Below, piece after piece: positions 56,301 to 64,000 of a stretch of DNA of 64,000 nucleotides. The notes beneath the pieces are model-generated. The model made no database searches. It was not told where the DNA came from and saw nothing but the letters and a program-made list of their open reading frames with translations. Numbering within the stretch: the stretch's first letter is position 1; the number at the start of each line of letters is the position of its first letter. This DNA is from Auanema rhodensis (Eukaryota > Animalia > Nematoda), in assembly GCA_964057225.1 (NCBI GenBank), contig OZ059894.1:4340001-4404000 (forward strand), read 5' to 3'. The position numbers and the translations under genes are program-made.

Positions 56301-59300
56301 TCAACATACACTAATGCATCATTTTTCAAACGATCATAACTAATTTTTGTATTGAGCGTTTCTCAATGTAGTATAGTGCATTCGATGCGGATTTTTAAGC
56401 TGCGTCGATCTGTGTTATCAGATGTGCGCTAGCTTAAAAATGCACCGAGATATCAACTGATATAAGTTCACACTTATATCCTCGATTTTCACCCTGAAGG
56501 AATAATTTTTTCGTTGAATAACATTGTCCATCGTCTTTGCCATGAAAAAAGGAATCTAAAAACATCTACTTTTCGCTAAATTATTTTGAAATTTTTCGAA
56601 AAAATTTTTGTCAAAATGTTTTTGGAAGCAATGTTGAGTGTACATGGAAACTCAACATACACTAATGCATCATTTTTCAAACGATCATAACTAATTTTTG
56701 TATCAAGCGTTTCTCAATGTAGTTTAGTGCATTCGATGCGGATTTTTAAGCTGCGTCGATCTGTGTTATCAGATTTGCGCTAGCTTAAAAATGCACCGAG
56801 ATATCAACTGATATAAGTTCACACTTATATCCTCGATTTTCACCCTGAAGGAATAATTTTTTCGTTGAATAACATTGTCCATCGTCTTTGCCTTGAAAAA
56901 TGGAATCTAAAAACATCTACTTTTTGCTAAATTATTTTGAAATTTTTCGAAAAAATTTTTGTCAAAATGTTTTTGGAAGCAATGTTGAGTGTACATGGAA
57001 ACTCAACATACACTAATGCATCATTTTTCAAACGATCATAACTAATTTTTGTATCAAGCGTTTCTCAATGTAGTTTAGTGCATTCGATGCGGATTTTTAA
57101 GCTGCGTCGATCTGTGTTATCAGATTTGCGCTAGCTTAAAAATGCACCGAGATATCAACTGATATAAGTTCACACTTATATCCTCGATTTTCACCCTGAA
57201 GGAATGATTTTTTCGTTGAATAACATTGTCCATCGTCTTTGCCATGAAAAAAGGAATCTAAAAACATCTACTTTTTGCTAAATTATTTTGAAATTTTTCG
57301 AAAAAATTTTTGTCAAAATGTTTTTGGAAGCAATGTTGAGTGTACATGGAAACTCAACATACACTAATGCATCATTTTTCAAACGATCATAACTAATTTT
57401 TGTATCAAGCGTTTCTCAATGTAGTTTAGTGTATTCGATGCGGATTTTTAAGCTGCGTCGATCTGTGTTATCAGATTTGCGCTAGCTTAAAAATGCACCG
57501 AGATATCAACTGATATAAGTTCACACTTATATCCTCGATTTTCACCCTGAAGGAATAATTTTTTCGTTGAATAACATTGTCCATCGTCTTTGCCATGAAA
57601 AAAGGAATCTAAAAACATCTACTTTTCGCTAAATTATTTTGAAATTTTTCGAAAAAATTTTTGTCAAAATGTTTTTGGAAGCAATGTTGAGTGTACATGG
57701 AAACTCAACATACACTAATGCATCATTTTTCAAACGATCATAACTAATTTTTGTATCAAGCGTTTCTCAATGTAGTTTAGTGCATTCGATGCGGATTTTT
57801 AAGCTGCGTCGATCTGTGTTATCAGATTTGCGCTAGCTTAAAAATGCACCGAGATATCAACTGATATAAGTTCACACTTATATCCTCGATTTTCACCCTG
57901 AAGGAATAATTTTTTCGTTGAATAACATTGTCCATCGTCTTTGCCTTGAAAAATGGAATCTAAAAACATCTACTTTTTGCTAAATTATTTTGAAATTTTT
58001 CGAAAAAATTTTTGTCAAAATGTTTTTGGAAGCAATGTTGAGTGTACATGGAAACTCAACATACACTAATGCATCATTTTTCAAACGATCATAACTAATT
58101 TTTGTATCAAGCGTTTCTCAATGTAGTTTAGTGCATTCGATGCGGATTTTTAAGCTGCGTCGATCTGTGTTATCAGATTTGCGCTAGCTTAAAAATGCAC
58201 CGAGATATCAACTGATATAAGTTCACACTTATATCCTCGATTTTCACCCTGAAGGAATAATTTTTTCGTTGAATAACATTGTCCATCGTCTTTGCCTTGA
58301 AAAATGGAATCTAAAAACATCTACTTTTTGCTAAATTATTTTGAAATTTTTCGAAAAAATTTTTGTCAAAATGTTTTTGGAAGCAATGTTGAGTGTACAT
58401 GGAAACTCAACATACACTAATGCATCATTTTTCAAACGATCATAACTAATTTTTGTATTAAGCGTTTCTCAATGTAGTGTAGTGCATTCGATGCGGATTT
58501 TTAAGCTGCGTCGATCTGTGTTATCAGATTTGCGCTAACTTAAAAATGCACCGAGATATCAACTGATATAAGTTCACACTTATATCCTCGATTTTCACCC
58601 TGAAGGAATAATTTTTTCGTTGAATAACATTGTCCATCGTCTGTGCCTTGAAAAATGGAATCTAAAAACATTTACTTTTTGCTAAATTATTTTAAAATTT
58701 TTCGAAAAAATTTTTGTCAAAATGTTTTTGGAAGCAATGTTGAGTGTACATGGAAACTCAACATAAACTAATGCATCATTTTTCAAACGATCATAACTAA
58801 TTTTTGTATCAAGCGTTTCTCAATGTAGTTTAGTGCATTCGATGCGGATTTTTAAGCTGCGTCGATCTGTGTTATCAGATGTGCGCTAGCTTAAAAATGC
58901 ACCGAGATATCAACTGATATAAGTTCACACTTATATCCTCGATTTTCACCCTGAAGGAATAATTTTTTCGTTGAATAACATTGTCCATCGTCTTTGCCTT
59001 GAAAAATGGAATCTAAAAACATCTACTTTTTGCTAAATTATTTTGAAATTTTTCGAAAAATTTTTTGTCAAAATGTTTTTGGAAGCAATGTTGAGTGTAC
59101 ATGGAAACTCAACATACACTAATGCATCATTTTTCAAACGATCATAACTAATTTTTGTATTAAGCGTTTCTCAATGTAGTATAGTGCATTCGATGCGGAT
59201 TTTTAAGCTGCGTCGATCTGTGTTATCAGATTTGCGCTAACTTAAAAATGCACCGAGATATCAACTGATATAAGTTCACACTTATATCCTCGATTTTCAC

Positions 59301-62300
59301 CCTGAAGGAATAATTTTTTTGTTGAATAACATTGTCCATCGTCTTTGCCTTGAAAATTGGAATCTAAAAACATCTACTTTTTGCTAAATTATTTTGAAAT
59401 TTTTCGAAAAAATTTTTGTCAAAATGTTTTTGGAAGCAATGTTGAGTGTACATGGAAACTCAACATACACTAATGCATCATTTTTCAAACGATCATAACT
59501 AATTTTTGTATCAAGCGTTTCTCAATGTAGTTTAGTGCATTCGATGCGGATTTTTAAGCTGCGTCGATCTGTGTTATCAGATTTGCGCTAGCTTAAAAAT
59601 GCACCGAGATATCAACTGATATAAGTTCACACTTATATCCTCGATTTTCACCCTGAAGGAATGATTTTTTCGTTGAATAACATTGTCCATCGTCTTTGCC
59701 TTGAAAAAAGGAATCTAAAAACATCTACTTTTTGCTAAATTATTTTGAAATTTTTCGAAAAAATTTTTGTCAAAATGTTTTTGGAAGCAGTGTTGAGTGT
59801 ACATGGAAACTCAACATACACTAATGCATCATTTTTCAAACGATCATAACTAATTTTTGTATCAAGCGTTTCTCAATGTAGTATAGTGCATTCGATGCGG
59901 ATTTTTAAGCTGCGTCGATCTGTGTTATCAGATTTGCGCTAGCTTAAAAATGCACCGAGATATCAACTGATATAAGTTCACACTTATATCCTCGATTTTC
60001 ACCCTGAAGGAATAATTTTTTCGTTGAATAACATTGTCCATCGTCTTTGCCTTGAAAAATGGAATCTAAAAACATCTACTTTTTGCTAAATTATTTTGAA
60101 ATTTTTCGAAAAATTTTTTGTCAAAATGTTTTTGGAAGCAATGTTGAGTGTACATGGAAACTCAACATACACTAATGCATCATTTTTCAAACGATCATAA
60201 CTAATTTTTGTATTGAGCGTTTCTCAATGTAGTATAGTGCATTCGATGCGGATTTTTAAGCTGCGTCGATCTGTGTTATCAGATGTGCGCTAGCTTAAAA
60301 ATGCACCGAGATATCAACTGATATAAGTTCACACTTATATCCTCGATTTTCACCCTGAAGAATTAATTTTTTCGTTGAATAACATTGTCCATCGTCTTTG
60401 CCTTAAAAAAAGGAATCTAAAAACATCTACTTTTTGCTAAATTATTTTGAAATTTTTCGAAAAAATTTTTGTCAAAATGTTTTTGGAAGCAGTGTTGAGT
60501 GTACATGGAAACTCAACATACACTAATGCATCATTTTTCAAACGATCATAACTAATTTTTGTATCAAGCGTTTCTCAATGTAGTGTAGTGCATTCCATGC
60601 GGTTTTTTAAGCTGCGTCGATCTGTGTTATCAGATTTGCGCTAGCTTAAAAATGCACCGAGATATCAACTGATATAAGTTCACACTTATATCCTCGATTT
60701 TCACCCTGAAGAATTAATTTTTTCGTTGAATAACATTGTCCATCGTCTTTGCCTTGAAAAAAGGAATCTAAAAACATCTACTTTTTGCTAAATTATTTTG
60801 AAATTTTTCGAAAAAATTTTTGTCAAAATGTTTTTGGAAGCAATGTTGAGTGTACATGGAAACTCAACATACACTAATGCATCATTTTTCAAACGATCAT
60901 AACTAATTTTTGTATTAAGCGTTTCTCAATGTAGTATAGTGCATTCGATGCGGATTTTTAAGCTGCGTCGATCTGTGTTATCAGATTTGCGCTAACTTAA
61001 AAATGCACCGAGATATCAACTGATATAAGTTCACACTTATATCCTCGATTTTCACCCTGAAGGAATAATTTTTTTGTTGAATAACATTGTCCATCGTCTT
61101 TGCCTTGAAAATTGGAATCTAAAAACATCTACTTTTTGCTAAATTATTTTGAAATTTTTCGAAAAAATTTTTGTCAAAATGTTTTTGGAAGCAATGTTGA
61201 GTGTACATGGAAACTCAACATACACTAATGCATCATTTTTCAAACGATCATAACTAATTTTTGTATCAAGCGTTTCTCAATGTAGTTTAATGCATTCGAT
61301 GCGGATTTTTAAGCTGCGTCGATCTGTGTTATCAGATTTGCGCTAGCTTAAAAATGCACCGAGATATCAACTGATATAAGTTCACACTTATATCCTCGAT
61401 TTTCACCCTGAAGAATTAATTTTTTCGTTGAATAACATTGTCCATCGTCTTTGCCTTGAAAAAAGGAATCTAAAAACATCTACTTTTTGCTAAATTATTT
61501 TGAAATTTTTCGAAAAAATTTTTGTCAAAATGTTTTTGGAAGCAGTGTTGAGTGTACATGGAAACTCAACATACACTAATGCATCATTTTTCAAACGATC
61601 ATAACTAATTTTTGTATCAAGCGTTTCTCAATGTAGTATAGTGCATTCGATGCGGATTTTTAAGCTGCGTCGATCTGTGTTATCAGATTTGCGCTAGCTT
61701 AAAAATGCACCGAGATATCAACTGATATAAGTTCACACTTATATCCTCGATTTTCACCCTGAAGAATTAATTTTTTCGTTGAATAACATTGTCCATCGTC
61801 TTTGCCTTGAAAAAAGGAATCTAAAAACATCTACTTTTTGCTAAATTATTTTGAAATTTTTTGAAAAAATTTTTGTCAAAATGTTTTTGGAAGCAATGTT
61901 GAGTGTACATGGAAACTCAACATACACTAATGCATCATTTTTCAAACGATCATAACTAATTTTTGTATCAAGCGTTTCTCAATGTAGTTTAGTGTATTCG
62001 ATGCGGATTTTTAAGCTGCGTCGATCTGTGTTATCAGATTTGCGCTAGCTTAAAAATGCACCGAGATATCAACTGATATAAGTTCACACTTATATCCTCG
62101 ATTTTCACCCTGAAGAATTAATTTTTTCGTTGAATAACATTGTCCATCGTCTTTGCCTTGAAAAAAGGAATCTAAAAACATCTACTTTTTGCTAAATTAT
62201 TTTGAAATTTTTTGAAAAAATTTTTGTCAAAATGTTTTTGGAAGCAATGTTGAGTGTACATGGAAACTCAACATACACTAATGCATCATTTTTCAAACGA

Positions 62301-64000
62301 TCATAACTAATTTTTGTATTGAGCGTTTCTCAATGTAGTATAGTGCATTCGATGCGGATTTTTAAGCTGCGTCGATCTGTGTTATCAGATGTGCGCTAGC
62401 TTAAAAATGCACCGAGATATCAACTGATATAAGTTCACACTTATATCCTCGATTTTCACCCTGAAGGAATAATTTTTTCGTTGAATAACATTGTCCATCG
62501 TCTTTGCCATGAAAAAAGGAATCTAAAAACATCTACTTTTCGCTAAATTATTTTGAAATTTTTCGAAAAAATTTTTGTCAAAATGTTTTTGGAAGCAATG
62601 TTGAGTGTACATGGAAACTCAACATACACTAATGCATCATTTTTCAAACGATCATAACTAATTTTTGTATCAAGCGTTTCTCAATGTAGTTTAGTGCATT
62701 CGATGCGGATTTTTAAGCTGCGTCGATCTGTGTTATCAGATTTGCGCTAGCTTAAAAATGCACCGAGATATCAACTGATATAAGTTCACACTTATATCCT
62801 CGATTTTCACCCTGAAGGAATAATTTTTTCGTTGAATAACATTGTCCATCGTCTTTGCCTTGAAAAATGGAATCTAAAAACATCTACTTTTTGCTAAATT
62901 ATTTTGAAATTTTTCGAAAAAATTTTTGTCAAAATGTTTTTGGAAGCAATGTTGAGTGTACATGGAAACTCAACATACACTAATGCATCATTTTTCAAAC
63001 GATCATAACTAATTTTTGTATCAAGCGTTTCTCAATGTAGTTTAGTGCATTCGATGCGGATTTTTAAGCTGCGTCGATCTGTGTTATCAGATTTGCGCTA
63101 GCTTAAAAATGCACCGAGATATCAACTGATATAAGTTCACACTTATATCCTCGATTTTCACCCTGAAGGAATGATTTTTTCGTTGAATAACATTGTCCAT
63201 CGTCTTTGCCATGAAAAAAGGAATCTAAAAACATCTACTTTTTGCTAAATTATTTTGAAATTTTTCGAAAAAATTTTTGTCAAAATGTTTTTGGAAGCAA
63301 TGTTGAGTGTACATGGAAACTCAACATACACTAATGCATCATTTTTCAAACGATCATAACTAATTTTTGTATCAAGCGTTTCTCAATGTAGTTTAGTGTA
63401 TTCGATGCGGATTTTTAAGCTGCGTCGATCTGTGTTATCAGATTTGCGCTAGCTTAAAAATGCACCGAGATATCAACTGATATAAGTTCACACTTATATC
63501 CTCGATTTTCACCCTGAAGGAATAATTTTTTCGTTGAATAACATTGTCCATCGTCTTTGCCATGAAAAAAGGAATCTAAAAACATCTACTTTTCGCTAAA
63601 TTATTTTGAAATTTTTCGAAAAAATTTTTGTCAAAATGTTTTTGGAAGCAATGTTGAGTGTACATGGAAACTCAACATACACTAATGCATCATTTTTCAA
63701 ACGATCATAACTAATTTTTGTATCAAGCGTTTCTCAATGTAGTTTAGTGCATTCGATGCGGATTTTTAAGCTGCGTCGATCTGTGTTATCAGATTTGCGC
63801 TAGCTTAAAAATGCACCGAGATATCAACTGATATAAGTTCACACTTATATCCTCGATTTTCACCCTGAAGGAATAATTTTTTCGTTGAATAACATTGTCC
63901 ATCGTCTTTGCCTTGAAAAATGGAATCTAAAAACATCTACTTTTTGCTAAATTATTTTGAAATTTTTCGAAAAAATTTTTGTCAAAATGTTTTTGGAAGC
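29333..64000. repeat. Variant domain C (second part of M84 to M183)
   Basis: AACATTG is restored. New alleles not seen in domain B include GAAGGAAT(A/G)A, GTATCAAG, GTAGTTTAG, GCCATG, GCTAACTT, GATGTGCG and GATCCGG. Confidence 0.9.

Larger units (their letters stand above)
1..64000. repeat. Tandem satellite DNA array, 351-bp monomer, ~182.3 copies, single orientation, extends beyond both window edges
   Basis: The motif TTCGTTGAAT recurs at 1, 352, 703, 1054 ... 63881. 63880 = 182x351 - 2, so there is only a small net indel drift, all in homopolymer runs. Copies differ by only a few substitutions and no non-repeat sequence was seen. Confidence 0.99.

Noticed and set aside
1-64000. CRISPR array or repeat-spacer system suggested by the 28-bp dyad at 122-149
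   Set aside because: The sequence between dyads is near-identical in every unit, so there are no unique spacers, and there is no leader or cas gene.

Overview
The whole 64-kb window is one uninterrupted head-to-tail array of a 351-bp AT-rich satellite monomer (about 31% GC by hand count). It holds 182 complete copies plus a 120-bp partial copy, all in one orientation, and runs off both edges. I saw no genes, RNA genes, transposon insertions, inversions or unique sequence, and both ORF-track hits come from single stop-removing SNPs. The DNA looks like eukaryotic (peri)centromeric or heterochromatic satellite, but I cannot name the species or family. Structure exists at two scales. (1) The monomer is dense in dyad symmetries: a ~67-nt imperfect hairpin, two perfect 9-bp stem-loops and a TTTTTCGAAAAA-centred quasi-palindrome. 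(2) Diagnostic SNPs split the array into variant domains (about 1-3.2 kb, 3.2-29.2 kb and 29.3-64 kb), with a sharp junction inside one monomer, and reveal nested, irregular local higher-order repeats with offsets of 2-46 monomers. I found no evidence of a novel protein-coding system. Monomers are numbered M1-M183, with M1 starting at base 1. All comparisons were made by eye, not by computed alignment.
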